From Fidelibacterota bacterium (GTDB lineage: Bacteria > Fidelibacterota > Marinisomatia > Marinisomatales > UBA2128), in NCBI GenBank assembly GCA_046861645.1, contig JBHHUM010000022.1:1-33040 (forward strand): a DNA stretch of 33,040 nt, written 5' to 3'. Positions 1-10,019 of this stretch are shown here, in pieces. Each line of letters opens with the position of its first letter. The first letter of the stretch is position 1. The notes beneath the pieces are model-generated. The model worked only from the letters and a program-made list of their open reading frames with translations. It had not been told where the DNA came from and did not search any database. A program made the translations under genes and the position numbers.

Positions 1-477
1 GTAAAATGGACACCTGCTCACAGGTCCCTTCGGGGAAATAGTTGGTTATCACCTTTTTCCACTTCTCGATGGCTGAGTGATGTTGATCAATTGTTTGGTT
101 CGCTCCTCAGAGATCCATTCAGTTTCTCTTCAATCTTCAGCGAAGCGGATTGGCTTCCGGCTTTCGACGTTATCGAGAAGAAAAAAGAATACCGATTACT
201 TGTTGAAGCTCCTGGTATGAAAAAGTCCGACTTTAACGTAAACGTTAAAGACGGTGTGCTAACTATTACCGGTGAGAAAAAAATGGAAGAAACCAAGGAT
301 GGCGATAATTACACTCACAGGGAGTCCCGCTATGGTCGCTTCTCTCGCTCTTTTCGCTTACCTGATGATGTAAAGGAAAAGAAGATATCCGCCAACTATC
401 AAGATGGTGTGTTGACCATCTCCTTACCACGAACAAAACCTGTGGAAGTTGAAGGAGTTGAAGTAGAAATAAAGTAA
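1..477 (+). CDS. Hsp20/alpha-crystallin small heat-shock protein, 5'-partial
   Basis: Frame is open from base 1 (VKWTPAHRS..., typical 'LVKW.P' N-terminus), so the start lies upstream of the window. ACD motifs PAFDVIE, EAPGMKK, ESRYGRFSRSFRLP, ANYQDGVLTISLP. Confidence 0.93.
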   Translation, partial: VKWTPAHRSLRGNSWLSPFSTSRWLSDVDQLFGSLLRDPFSFSSIFSEADWLPAFDVIEKKKEYRLLVEAPGMKKSDFNVNVKDGVLTITGEKKMEETKDGDNYTHRESRYGRFSRSFRLPDDVKEKKISANYQDGVLTISLPRTKPVEVEGVEVEIK

Positions 478-502
478 ACACCTTTGCTACAGCCAAACCA
501 GC

Positions 503-536
503 AAAAGCCCTACTCATTTCTTGAGTTAGGGCTTTT
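503..536. terminator. Bidirectional intrinsic terminator between convergent genes
   Basis: AAAAGCCCTA-CTCA-tttct-TGAG-t-TAGGGCTTTT hairpin with A and T tracts on either side. Confidence 0.8.
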
Positions 537-559
537 CACTTGAACTATTCGAAGTCTCT

Positions 560-2335
560 CTACTCTGCGTAAATTTCTTCTATGGTTGTGGACCAGTTTT
601 TCGCAATTATGTGGCGAACCAATTTCAGTGTCGGTGTCAGCTCACCATCATCTACCGTTAGATCCCTGGGGAGTATCTCAAATTTTCGGATGTTTTCAAC
701 CCGGGCAAGATGGCTATTCACTTCTTCAATAGCCAATTGGATCTCCATCCTTACGACTTCGTCCTTATAAAGATTTTCCTCCGGCAGGCTTTTTTCCTGT
801 GCAAAAACCGTTGAAGCTTCAACATCGAGTGTAATCAGCGCTGATAGAAACTTTCTCTTGTCACCGATGACTATCGCTTGAGAAACAAGGGGGATATTTT
901 TCAACATCCCCTCGATGTTTGCCGGAGCGATGTTTTTCCCACCTGAGGTAACAATAATTTCCTTCTTCCTTCCGGTAATCCAGAGGAATCCATCTTCATC
1001 AATTTCTCCTAAATCCCCTGAATAAAGCCAACCATCCTTGAGGGTTTCGGCGGTAGCATCAGGATCTTTATAATAACCCTTGAAGACATTATCACCCCTG
1101 ACCAAGATTTCGCCATCATCTGCTATCTTCACATCATCCCCCGGATAAGGTGGTCCCACGGAGCCAAACTTAACTTGTCCAGGACGATTAAAACTGGTTG
1201 GCCCACTGTCTTCAGACTGGCCATAAACCTCCAAAATAAGGATATCCAAGCTGGCAAAAAATTCTAATATCTCTGGCGTAATCGGCGCTGCACCGCTAAC
1301 ACAAATGCGGGCATTACCCATACCTAAAGCCGTCTTGACTTTATCCAACACCAACTTTTTAGCAAGCTTGTATTTAATCGCTAGCCACCCTCTCGATTTT
1401 CCTCCCGCGTTTTGTATGGTGTGGACAGCCGAAGCCGTCCGTCGCGCAAAATTCACCAGAAACTTTTTGACCCCAGTTGCCTGGTGAAGCTTGGCAGCAA
1501 CCCCAGCCTGAAACTTCTCCCACACCCTTGGAACACCAAAAATAATTGTCGGTTGCCACTCCTTGAGGTTCTCCAGAACAGACTCCCGGCTCTTAGCAAA
1601 AGTGACAGGCCAACCACCTATATTCGGAGCGTGTATTGTGAACATTTGTTCAGCAATATGTGATAAAGGGAGATATGAAAAACCTGTATCACCATCATTA
1701 ATACCTAACATATCAATGGCTTGGCTTGCTGTCCAAACAAGGTTTTTATGGGACAACATGACTGCTTTGGGTGGTCCAGTTGTGCCAGAGGTATAGATGA
1801 GGGTCGCCACGGCATCTTCATCTAAACTTTCTTGACGTTCCATCAGTTTCTTTTCTTCCAGCTCATCTCCCTTCTGTAGAAACTCCTCCCATGTCATCGT
1901 CATGGGATGTTGGTCAACCATTCCTTTCATCATTACTATATACTTGAGGTGAGGTAGCGATTCTATCCTATTGAGAACCTTATCCAGTTGGGTTGAATTT
2001 TCCACAAGAATCATGGAAGCTTCGGAGTGTTCAATAATATATGCTACTGATTCTGATGAACAGGTTTCATATATGCCCGCCGGAACCCCTCCAGCCAACA
2101 TGGTGGCTAAGTCCATAATTACCCACTCAGGCCGATTAAACCCCAGAATACAAACTTTGCCGCCCAGCTGAAGACCAAGGACCATCAGAGCTCGTCCGGC
2201 CTGCTTTACTTCCGCTGCATATTCACCCCAAGTATAGCTTTTCCACTCATCCTCCTCCCAATAACTGAGGGCTCTAGAACTGCCTTGAATTTCTGCCTGG
2301 TGGAGAAGATAAACTGGTACTGTCTTCAGCTCCAT
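560..2335 (-). CDS. Long-chain-fatty-acid--CoA ligase (AMP-dependent synthetase)
   Basis: YTSGTTGPPK P-loop, YLPLSHIAE, VYGQSE, GWLYSGDLG, ITGRKKE, ELTPTLK motifs; GGAGG RBS upstream. Confidence 0.93.
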   Translation of the reverse strand: MELKTVPVYLLHQAEIQGSSRALSYWEEDEWKSYTWGEYAAEVKQAGRALMVLGLQLGGKVCILGFNRPEWVIMDLATMLAGGVPAGIYETCSSESVAYIIEHSEASMILVENSTQLDKVLNRIESLPHLKYIVMMKGMVDQHPMTMTWEEFLQKGDELEEKKLMERQESLDEDAVATLIYTSGTTGPPKAVMLSHKNLVWTASQAIDMLGINDGDTGFSYLPLSHIAEQMFTIHAPNIGGWPVTFAKSRESVLENLKEWQPTIIFGVPRVWEKFQAGVAAKLHQATGVKKFLVNFARRTASAVHTIQNAGGKSRGWLAIKYKLAKKLVLDKVKTALGMGNARICVSGAAPITPEILEFFASLDILILEVYGQSEDSGPTSFNRPGQVKFGSVGPPYPGDDVKIADDGEILVRGDNVFKGYYKDPDATAETLKDGWLYSGDLGEIDEDGFLWITGRKKEIIVTSGGKNIAPANIEGMLKNIPLVSQAIVIGDKRKFLSALITLDVEASTVFAQEKSLPEENLYKDEVVRMEIQLAIEEVNSHLARVENIRKFEILPRDLTVDDGELTPTLKLVRHIIAKNWSTTIEEIYAE

Positions 2336-2437
2336 ATTAACCTCCGCTTACTCTCTATTATATTCTTTGGTGAGCACTTAGTCACTAAATATAAGACCTG
2401 AAATTTATTTTCACCAACATAGCCTGTTTTGCTTTCA

Positions 2438-2998
2438 TTAAATTACCTGTCTCACGACTTCCTTCAAAGCTGTCCCTGTAGGATCTTTGAGTTTATTCCA
2501 TCCTAGGGCTTTCACTTCCATTCCTACATAAGCAGCACATAGAGCAATAGCGGCAACAAATTCTGAGATCGTCAAGGAATTCTCTTGGGAGAACCTTCTC
2601 ATCCCTACCGTGTTTACTGCACTTTGGGGAATTTCCAGAGAGCCACAGTTGTAAATATTGCTCATATCTGGAAATCGGGGAAGCTTAAACAGAGGTGTTT
2701 TGCCTACAAGTGGATTCCAGCCCGATAGATTTTTATGGTCAGATACCTCTATCACCTCCTTTTCTTCTTCTCCTTTTATTCGATCTATGATTAAAAGCTT
2801 TTCGATCATCCACTGATTTTTAAGCACAAAAAAGTTTTTGGGGTCGACACTCTTATCAAAAGGTTTCTCAGGTATAATCGCCGTCCTCAAGGTGGTTTGG
2901 TATATCTTATGACAAGCTACTTTTGTCTTGAATTCGTAACCATCCTTAAAAAGAAGGCCATAATGATCCAGGGAATGAATTAAATATATCCGCCTCAA
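2438..2998 (-). CDS. Hypothetical protein with degenerate purine-nucleoside phosphorylase (PNP-I family)-like C-terminal half
   Basis: SDHKNLSGWNPLVG...PRFPDMSNIY resembles PNP DHINL.G.NPL.G...PRFPDMS..Y. TTG start overlaps the yggS stop (TTGA). Confidence 0.6.
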   Translation of the reverse strand: MRRIYLIHSLDHYGLLFKDGYEFKTKVACHKIYQTTLRTAIIPEKPFDKSVDPKNFFVLKNQWMIEKLLIIDRIKGEEEKEVIEVSDHKNLSGWNPLVGKTPLFKLPRFPDMSNIYNCGSLEIPQSAVNTVGMRRFSQENSLTISEFVAAIALCAAYVGMEVKALGWNKLKDPTGTALKEVVRQVI

Positions 2999-3696
2999 GT
3001 GCTCGGCCTCGCTCCAAAAAGGGCCGTACCTATTCTAACCATGGTAGCCCCTTCCTCTATTGCGATTTCAAAGTCACCACTCATGCCCATGGAAAGATGT
3101 TCTAGCCTTCTTTTTGGACTCAATTGATTATTAAGAGAAGTACGAAGCCGGCGCAACTTTTGAAATGTTTCTCGTTTTATAAACTGGTCGGTTGTCAGGG
3201 TACCTATTGTCATCAACCCGGAAACATTCAATCCTTCCATATCTATCACCTCCAGAAGGTCTTCTGTAGCAATAGGATTAAATCCTTTCTTAGCTGGATC
3301 GCGATCCACATTAACCTGTAATAAAATATTAAGGGGGGAAGATCTTGCTTTTCCAAGGGAAGACAACTTCTTTGCCAGTTTAAGGCTGTCCACAGAGTCT
3401 ATTGTATCAAATAAATCTACTGCACGATGGGCCTTATTAGACTGCAAATGACCCACCAGACGACGATTAATCATTATGTCATTAGGAAGTTTCGCAAATT
3501 TACTCTCGGCTTCCTGAACCCGGTTTTCTCCAATACTGGTTAATCCAAATTTTGCAGCATTTATGATGGCTTCATGGGGAAAGCCTTTTGTAACGGCAAC
3601 AACTTCTACTTGTTGATGTTTGCTTTGCTGATAGGTGCGGAGGAGGGCCTTCTCTATCCGCTCTCGAACGTTGGAGAGGCTGGCTTCATCTATCAC
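2995..3696 (-). CDS. yggS: YggS/PLP homeostasis protein
   Basis: VVAVTK (PLP lysine), [51 protein letters not shown] start overlaps the gyrA stop. Confidence 0.95.
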   Translation of the reverse strand: MIDEASLSNVRERIEKALLRTYQQSKHQQVEVVAVTKGFPHEAIINAAKFGLTSIGENRVQEAESKFAKLPNDIMINRRLVGHLQSNKAHRAVDLFDTIDSVDSLKLAKKLSSLGKARSSPLNILLQVNVDRDPAKKGFNPIATEDLLEVIDMEGLNVSGLMTIGTLTTDQFIKRETFQKLRRLRTSLNNQLSPKRRLEHLSMGMSGDFEIAIEEGATMVRIGTALFGARPST

Positions 3697-6218
3697 TTTC
3701 CAGAGGTTGCTTCTTCAACGTTTTCGTCAGCACTTACATCCTTATCGACATCACTTGTGATCCCCTCTGACTTCAAGGGATTAATACTCTCCTCGTGGAG
3801 CACTCTGGTAATGGAAGCAATCTTGTCATCACTATCCAGCTGTATAAGTTTGACTCCCTGTGTCACTCTTCCTATGGCACGTATTGGCGCAACATGCTGA
3901 CGAATTAGTACACCACGGTCAGTAATGACAATAAGATCATCAGTATCAACAACTTCCATGATGGCAACCATTTTTCCTGTCTTTTCGGTTATACGCATCG
4001 TCATAATACCCTTTCCGCCTCGTTTCTGTACTCTATATTGAATAATATCAGTACGTTTTCCCAAGCCGTTCTCTGTCGCAACGAGTACTGTGCCTTCTCG
4101 GCGTACAACCACCATACCCACAACTCGATCTGCTTTAGAGCTTAGTCTAATACCTCTGACCCCCATGGTTTTCCGGCCACTGGCCCGTATATCCCCTTCT
4201 GAAAACCGTATAGATTTACCTTCACGGGTACCCAAGACAATATCATCTTCACCACTAGTAATCATGGCCTCAATTAAACGGTCATCCTCGCGAATTTCTA
4301 TAGCATAAATTCCCCTTTTTCGCGGTTTACCATAGGCGACTAGTTTTGTCTTTTTCACAATACCTTTTTCCGTTGCCATAACTATAAACCGGTGTTCATC
4401 AAATTCACTGACACTCACAAATGCTTCAACCTTTTCTCCCGGTTCACACCCAATGAGGTTCACCACGGCCCGACCCCGAGCAGCCCTCCCTCCTGGTGGG
4501 ATTTCGTGTACTTTCAGCCAGTAACACTTTCCTCTGTCGGTGAAAAAGAGAAGATAGTCATGTGTACTGGCAATAAAAAGATCCTCTACGAAATCTTCCT
4601 CTTTAGTTCCAGCACCCTGAAGTCCACGGCCACCGCGGCGCTGGCTGCGATATGTAGCTTCCGCAGTCCTTTTGATATAGCCACTATGTGTTATTGTTAT
4701 AACCATGTTCTCTTCGGCAATCATATCTTCTACCGAAAATGTTTTACCTATGGGGATAATTTCTGTTCGTCGCGGATCTCCGTACATTTCACGTATTTCT
4801 TCGAACTCCTTTTTAATTATCGCCATTCTCTGAGGTCGGCTATCAAGGATATTTTTCAACTCAGCAATAAACTTAATCGTTTCCTTATACTCAGCTACGA
4901 CTTTACTCACCTCCAAGTTTGTAAGTCTCTGAAGGCGCATGTCTAAAATAGCTTGTGATTGGCGCTCAGAAAGATCAAAAGAGTTCATCAATCCTTCCTT
5001 AGCGTGTACAGGATCCTTGCTTGCTCGTATAAGCTTAATTACAGCATCAATGTTGTCGAGAGCTATTTTCAACCCCTCAAGAATGTGAGCTTTCTCTTCA
5101 GCTTTTCTTAGATCGAATTGAGTTCTCTTTACTACCACATCATGCCGATGATCAATAAAATGCTGCATCATCCCCTTCAGAGTAAGCACCCTGGGAACAC
5201 CATTAACAAGGGCAAGTAGTATTATACCATATGAGTCTTTGAGTTGTGTGTTTACGTAGAGCTGGTTTAATATTACCTCTGGTACGGTGTCTCTCTTTGT
5301 TTCTATTACGACTCTAATTCCTTCTTTATCAGATTCATCACGTACATCAGCAATACCTGATATCTTCTTGTTTCTCACCAAATCAGCAATTTTTTCCAGG
5401 AGACGTGCTTTGTTAACTTGATATGGTATCTCATTAATAACGATATTCGCTTTTCCTTTTTTAGCCGTCTCTATAAATGCCCGGGCACGTATAGTAATTA
5501 TTCCTCGTCCGGTTCTATAGGCACTTCTAATTCCATCCAACCCTTCAATAAAAGCACCAGTAGGAAAATCAGGGCCCTTGACATACTCCATCAAATCATC
5601 TGTGGTCATATCCGGATTATCTATCAGGGCGACCATAGCGTCTATCACTTCAACCAGGTTATGTGGCGGTATTTTTGTGGCCATACCTACAGCAATACCT
5701 TCTGCACCATTAACCAGCAGGTTTGGAGCGACAGCAGGCAAGACAGATGGTTCCTCTAAAGTTTCATCAAAATTGGGTATCCACTCTACCGTGTCTTTCT
5801 CTAGATCGCGAAGGCTTTCACTACAAAATCGGGTCATCCTTGCTTCGGTATAGCGCATAGCAGCGGCGCTATCACCATCTACTGATCCGAAGTTCCCTTG
5901 GCCATCTACAAGGGGATACCGCATCGCGAATTCCTGAGCCATGCGTACCAGCGCATCATAAACCGAGCTGTCCCCATGAGGGTGATACTTACCCAAGACG
6001 TCGCCTACGATACGGGCAGATTTTTTATAACCTCTGTTCCAATGAACCCCCAAATCGTTCAACCCAAAAAGTATGCGCCGATGTACTGGTTTTAAGCCGT
6101 CGCGCACATCAGGTAGAGCCCGAGAGACAATAACCGACATGGAGTAATTAAGATAACTTTCCTCCATCTCGCTAACTATGTTACGTGGTAAAATATGGTC
6201 TCGTGTGGTCAATTCCAT
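3693..6218 (-). CDS. gyrA: DNA gyrase subunit A
   Basis: [35 protein letters not shown] (catalytic Tyr) and GyrA-box QRRGGRG. Confidence 0.98.
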   Translation of the reverse strand: MELTTRDHILPRNIVSEMEESYLNYSMSVIVSRALPDVRDGLKPVHRRILFGLNDLGVHWNRGYKKSARIVGDVLGKYHPHGDSSVYDALVRMAQEFAMRYPLVDGQGNFGSVDGDSAAAMRYTEARMTRFCSESLRDLEKDTVEWIPNFDETLEEPSVLPAVAPNLLVNGAEGIAVGMATKIPPHNLVEVIDAMVALIDNPDMTTDDLMEYVKGPDFPTGAFIEGLDGIRSAYRTGRGIITIRARAFIETAKKGKANIVINEIPYQVNKARLLEKIADLVRNKKISGIADVRDESDKEGIRVVIETKRDTVPEVILNQLYVNTQLKDSYGIILLALVNGVPRVLTLKGMMQHFIDHRHDVVVKRTQFDLRKAEEKAHILEGLKIALDNIDAVIKLIRASKDPVHAKEGLMNSFDLSERQSQAILDMRLQRLTNLEVSKVVAEYKETIKFIAELKNILDSRPQRMAIIKKEFEEIREMYGDPRRTEIIPIGKTFSVEDMIAEENMVITITHSGYIKRTAEATYRSQRRGGRGLQGAGTKEEDFVEDLFIASTHDYLLFFTDRGKCYWLKVHEIPPGGRAARGRAVVNLIGCEPGEKVEAFVSVSEFDEHRFIVMATEKGIVKKTKLVAYGKPRKRGIYAIEIREDDRLIEAMITSGEDDIVLGTREGKSIRFSEGDIRASGRKTMGVRGIRLSSKADRVVGMVVVRREGTVLVATENGLGKRTDIIQYRVQKRGGKGIMTMRITEKTGKMVAIMEVVDTDDLIVITDRGVLIRQHVAPIRAIGRVTQGVKLIQLDSDDKIASITRVLHEESINPLKSEGITSDVDKDVSADENVEEATSGK

Positions 6219-6227
6219 TATCTCGGC

Positions 6228-8204
6228 CTATACATCAAGGTTGGTAACAAATTGTGCGTTCTTTTCTATGAACTGTCTTCTGGCTTCCACGTCACTCCCC
6301 ATGAGTTCCGAGAAGGTTTCACTTGCTCTAAACCCCTCCTCTATCGTAATCTGAAGCAGTGACCTGCGATCGGGATCCATCGTAGTAGACCAAAGTTGTT
6401 CTGGGTTCATTTCACCAAGACCTTTGTAGCGCTGAATATGTACCTTTTGTGTTTTATTTTCCCTTTTGAAACGCTCCACAATAATATCGCGCTCATTATC
6501 ATCGTAAGCATATTGCTCTTTTTTACTCTGAGTGATTTTGTATAAGGGTGGTTGAGCAATATAGATGTGGCCACCTGTAATAAGCGGTTGCATTTTTCTG
6601 TATAAAAACGTGAGCAACAAGGTGCGAATATGACTGCCATCTACGTCAGCATCTGTCATTAGAATAATCTTATGATACCTTAGTTTTTCCAAATTAAAAT
6701 CAGTACTGGCAGAATCATCCACGGCTTCCGATTCATCCCCAAAACCTGCACCCAACGCAGTAATTATTGACTGTATTTCGTTATTAGAGAGCAGCCTGTC
6801 TATCCTTGCTTTTTCAGCATTAATCACTTTACCACGTAAGGGTAATATTGCTTGGAAGCGGCGGTCCCTTGCTTGCTTTGCAGAACCTCCTGCCGAATCA
6901 CCTTCAACCAGAAAAAGTTCGCACCGGTTAGCATCCTTACTAGAGCAGTCAGCCAGCTTTCCAGGAAGGGACCCTCCTTCTAGGGCACTCTTTCTCCTGA
7001 TCAAATCTCGAGCCTTTTTAGCCGCCAGTCGACTTGTTGCCGCCATAACTGCTTTTCCTATAATCTTTCTTGCTACGCTTGGGTTCTGCTCTAGATATTC
7101 CTGCAAACCCTCGAAAACTATTGAATCGACAATTCCCTTTACTTCACTATTTCCCAGTTTGGTTTTTGTCTGTCCTTCAAACTGTGGCTCTGGTACTTTT
7201 ATGGAAACAATTGCTGTCAAACCTTCTCTGAAATCGGCACCACTTAACGCTATTTTCTGACTCCTTGATCCCTTGAGCAGGTTGTTTTTTTGAGCATACG
7301 TATTAAGAGCTCTTGTCAGGGCTGACCGGAAACCAGAAAGGTGGGTGCCACCTTCTATCGTATTAATGTTATTTACAAACGTTAGGATATTTTCACTATA
7401 CCCTTCGTTATACCTAAGCGCTACATCCACAGGGGTTTCCCCATTACTCGTTGAAACTGTCACTATCTCCCGATGAAGTGGTTGTGAGGCACCACCCAAA
7501 AGAGCCACGAAATCTTTCAACCCTCCTTCATAATGAAAGGTTTCTTGCTGAAAGTCGTCCTCTTCCCTCTTATCTATGAATGTAATGCTTAAATTGCTGT
7601 TTAGATAGGCTAGCTCTCTAAGCCTCTCTGTAATCATTTCCCGGTCCCACTCAATATTGTTAAAAATGTCACGATCCGGCATAAATGTTATTTTCGTACC
7701 GGTAGTTTTTGCTTTTCCAACTACTTCAAGTATTGAGGCGGTTTTACCCAGCTCGTAACGCTGACGATGACATCTACCATCTCTGAAAATCTCAGCTACT
7801 AACCACTCAGAAAGTGCATTCACAACTGAGACTCCTACACCATGTAATCCTCCAGATACCTTATAGGTACCTTTATCAAATTTTCCCCCAGCGTGTAGTA
7901 CCGTCATTACCACTTCTAGTGCTGGTATCTTTTCTTCCTTGTGTTTCTCCACCGGGATACCACGACCATCATCGGTAACCGTTATGGAATTATCTGAATT
8001 AATTATTACCACGATCGAGGAACAATATCCTGCCAGCGCCTCATCAACACTGTTGTCTACTACTTCATTGATAAGGTGGTGTAGACCACGTTTACCTGTA
8101 TCGCCAATGTACATGGCGGGTCGCTTACGCACCGCCTCAAGCCCCTTGAGGACAGTTATTTTTTCAGCCCCGTAGTTCTTGGATGTTTTAGTCATTTCTG
8201 TCAT
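6228..8204 (-). CDS. gyrB: DNA gyrase subunit B
   Basis: GLEAVRKRPAMYIG, EVVDNSVDE, SGGLHGVGVSVVNALS, LVEGDSAGGSAK, TDADVDGSHI, QRYKGLGEMN. Confidence 0.98.
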   Translation of the reverse strand: MTEMTKTSKNYGAEKITVLKGLEAVRKRPAMYIGDTGKRGLHHLINEVVDNSVDEALAGYCSSIVVIINSDNSITVTDDGRGIPVEKHKEEKIPALEVVMTVLHAGGKFDKGTYKVSGGLHGVGVSVVNALSEWLVAEIFRDGRCHRQRYELGKTASILEVVGKAKTTGTKITFMPDRDIFNNIEWDREMITERLRELAYLNSNLSITFIDKREEDDFQQETFHYEGGLKDFVALLGGASQPLHREIVTVSTSNGETPVDVALRYNEGYSENILTFVNNINTIEGGTHLSGFRSALTRALNTYAQKNNLLKGSRSQKIALSGADFREGLTAIVSIKVPEPQFEGQTKTKLGNSEVKGIVDSIVFEGLQEYLEQNPSVARKIIGKAVMAATSRLAAKKARDLIRRKSALEGGSLPGKLADCSSKDANRCELFLVEGDSAGGSAKQARDRRFQAILPLRGKVINAEKARIDRLLSNNEIQSIITALGAGFGDESEAVDDSASTDFNLEKLRYHKIILMTDADVDGSHIRTLLLTFLYRKMQPLITGGHIYIAQPPLYKITQSKKEQYAYDDNERDIIVERFKRENKTQKVHIQRYKGLGEMNPEQLWSTTMDPDRRSLLQITIEEGFRASETFSELMGSDVEARRQFIEKNAQFVTNLDV

Positions 8205-8205
8205 G

Positions 8206-8481
8206 TTAGGTTAATCGTATATTTTTAATAACAGGGCTACCGATTCGCTCGTTTAGTTTCCCTATTATTTCCTTTTTTTGCATAGCAATTTCATTGCGCC
8301 AAACCGGTGTAGATACTTTCACCATAAGCGTGCCGTGCTTTACCTCCTGCGCTTCCGTGTTCTTGGCAATCGATTTTCCCACAACTTCTTCCCAAACCAA
8401 TAGTGCTTTACTTTGTTCAACTGAACGCTCTATCCCTGTACTCTTTAAAAGTGAATATAGTGCCCTTCTCAAGCTTTGCAT
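8206..8481 (-). CDS. dciA: DciA (DUF721) replicative helicase loader family protein
   Basis: 91 aa, W.EVVG..IA.NT....K.GTL.VKVSTPVWRNEI.MQK..II.KLN pattern; typical position just upstream of gyrB. Confidence 0.85.
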   Translation of the reverse strand: MQSLRRALYSLLKSTGIERSVEQSKALLVWEEVVGKSIAKNTEAQEVKHGTLMVKVSTPVWRNEIAMQKKEIIGKLNERIGSPVIKNIRLT

Positions 8482-8613
8482 CTTTAAATTTTACCGTTCC
8501 TATTCCACCGATCCCAACATGATCATTCACCGTTGATGTCCCGTTAAGTTTTTCTGGCTTTTGTTTGGGAATTTAAAAAACAAACTACCCCAACGAGGGT
8601 TTTGATACACCTG

Positions 8614-9735
8614 TCAAGAGCTGGTCCTCATGGGCATGAGGAGCATAGTAACTTCTTCATTCTCGGACTGCTTTACTGGTAATATAAGCCCAGCGCTTAT
8701 AGGGGTCTTCAGTTTCATAACAATTCTCTCCGTCTCCAAATGTGCTAACATATTCCCAAGATAAGCAGCATTGTAGCCCAGCACCATGTTTTCTCCTTCA
8801 TACTTTGCTTCTATCTCTTCACGAGCGCTAGAAGAGCTTTCTGGGTCTTCGGTTGTAATAGAACTACCCTTACTTGAAAGGTGCAAGGTAATTTGTTTTG
8901 TGGCCCTGTTTGAGAAAATGGCAACCCTTCTTACAGCATTTAAAAATTCCTCTCTGCTGAAGATAGCTATTTTATCATTATCCTGTGGTAGTACACTTCG
9001 GTAATCAGGATATCTCTCATCTATTATTCGAGAAAAAATTGTTACTCCCGCCAGTGATATCGTTAGATGGTTGTCGCCCACCCAAAGTACAACCTCATCT
9101 TCAGTGTCCCCTCCTAAATATTGATTCAGAAGTTGCAGGAATTTTCTTGGTACAATTATATCGCCGGTGTATCCTCTCGGCTCATAGTCAAATCTACTAC
9201 AAACAGAAAGCCTGTGGCCATCAGTTGCTACTACAGTAATATTATCCTCACCAAATTCAAATAACGCTCCCATAAGAGCCGGTTTCAACTCATCAGTGCT
9301 GAGGGCAAAACTGGTCCTTCTAATGAGATTCTCCAGAGTCTGTGATTTAAGGACAACCTCCTTTTTGTTGTCTACCTCCGGTAGTTGCGGAAACTCATTC
9401 GCTCCCACTCCCGGTATATCATAGTTACCCTGTCCTGCTTCAATCTGAACACGATTGCTTTCGTCCACCTTAATTTTCAGGTCTTCATCTGCCAGTGCGC
9501 CTGTAATCTCCATAAGTGTCCTGTGAGGCAATGCTACGGTACCATCCTTTTCAACCTTGGCTGTTATATTAGTTACAAGAGTTATCTCTAGATCTGTGGT
9601 ACGTAGAGTGAGAGTACCGTTGCCAGCATTCATTAACACACTGTTTAGAATAGGGATTGTGGATCTTGTAGGAGTGGCTTTAGAAAGATGTTGAAGTGCT
9701 TTTTGAAGTTCGTTTTGCTTTACGGTTAATTTCAC
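8614..9735 (-). CDS. dnaN: DNA polymerase III beta sliding clamp
   Basis: 373 aa, STIPILNSVL, TTDLEI, VVATDGHRL, IIVPRK, YPDYRSVLP, C-terminal LLMPMR; GTG start with GAGGT upstream. Confidence 0.97.
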   Translation of the reverse strand: MKLTVKQNELQKALQHLSKATPTRSTIPILNSVLMNAGNGTLTLRTTDLEITLVTNITAKVEKDGTVALPHRTLMEITGALADEDLKIKVDESNRVQIEAGQGNYDIPGVGANEFPQLPEVDNKKEVVLKSQTLENLIRRTSFALSTDELKPALMGALFEFGEDNITVVATDGHRLSVCSRFDYEPRGYTGDIIVPRKFLQLLNQYLGGDTEDEVVLWVGDNHLTISLAGVTIFSRIIDERYPDYRSVLPQDNDKIAIFSREEFLNAVRRVAIFSNRATKQITLHLSSKGSSITTEDPESSSSAREEIEAKYEGENMVLGYNAAYLGNMLAHLETERIVMKLKTPISAGLILPVKQSENEEVTMLLMPMRTSS

Positions 9736-10019
9736 TTATTTGAGTTTACCTCACTTATGGTTTATCGAAGGTTTTTGGGTTAAAATCACAGTAAATAATG
9801 TTAGTTACAATCATGGTTTCTACCAACAAGTTTTTAAAGAAGTTTAATTAAGAAGATTTACCTAAATGAAAAAACTATTGTTAATTAGAGGTGTTAATAA
9901 GTGTAAAAACACGTTATTCATTCTAACTATGGATGAAAAAGTTTTATAATAATACTAAAATCTATGTGGGCATCTTGTGGAAAGCATGACCAACATTTTG
10001 TTTAAACTAGTATATGATA
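9736..10019. other. Putative replication origin (oriC) region
   Basis: 284-bp very AT-rich gap upstream of dnaN with degenerate DnaA boxes (TGTTAATAA 9892, TTATTCATT 9914, TATGGATGA 9928, tandem TGTGGGCAT 9965 / TGTGGAAAG 9976). TAA-TAA-TAC-TAA trio-like run at 9947-9958. Apparent GC-skew change nearby. Confidence 0.6.
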
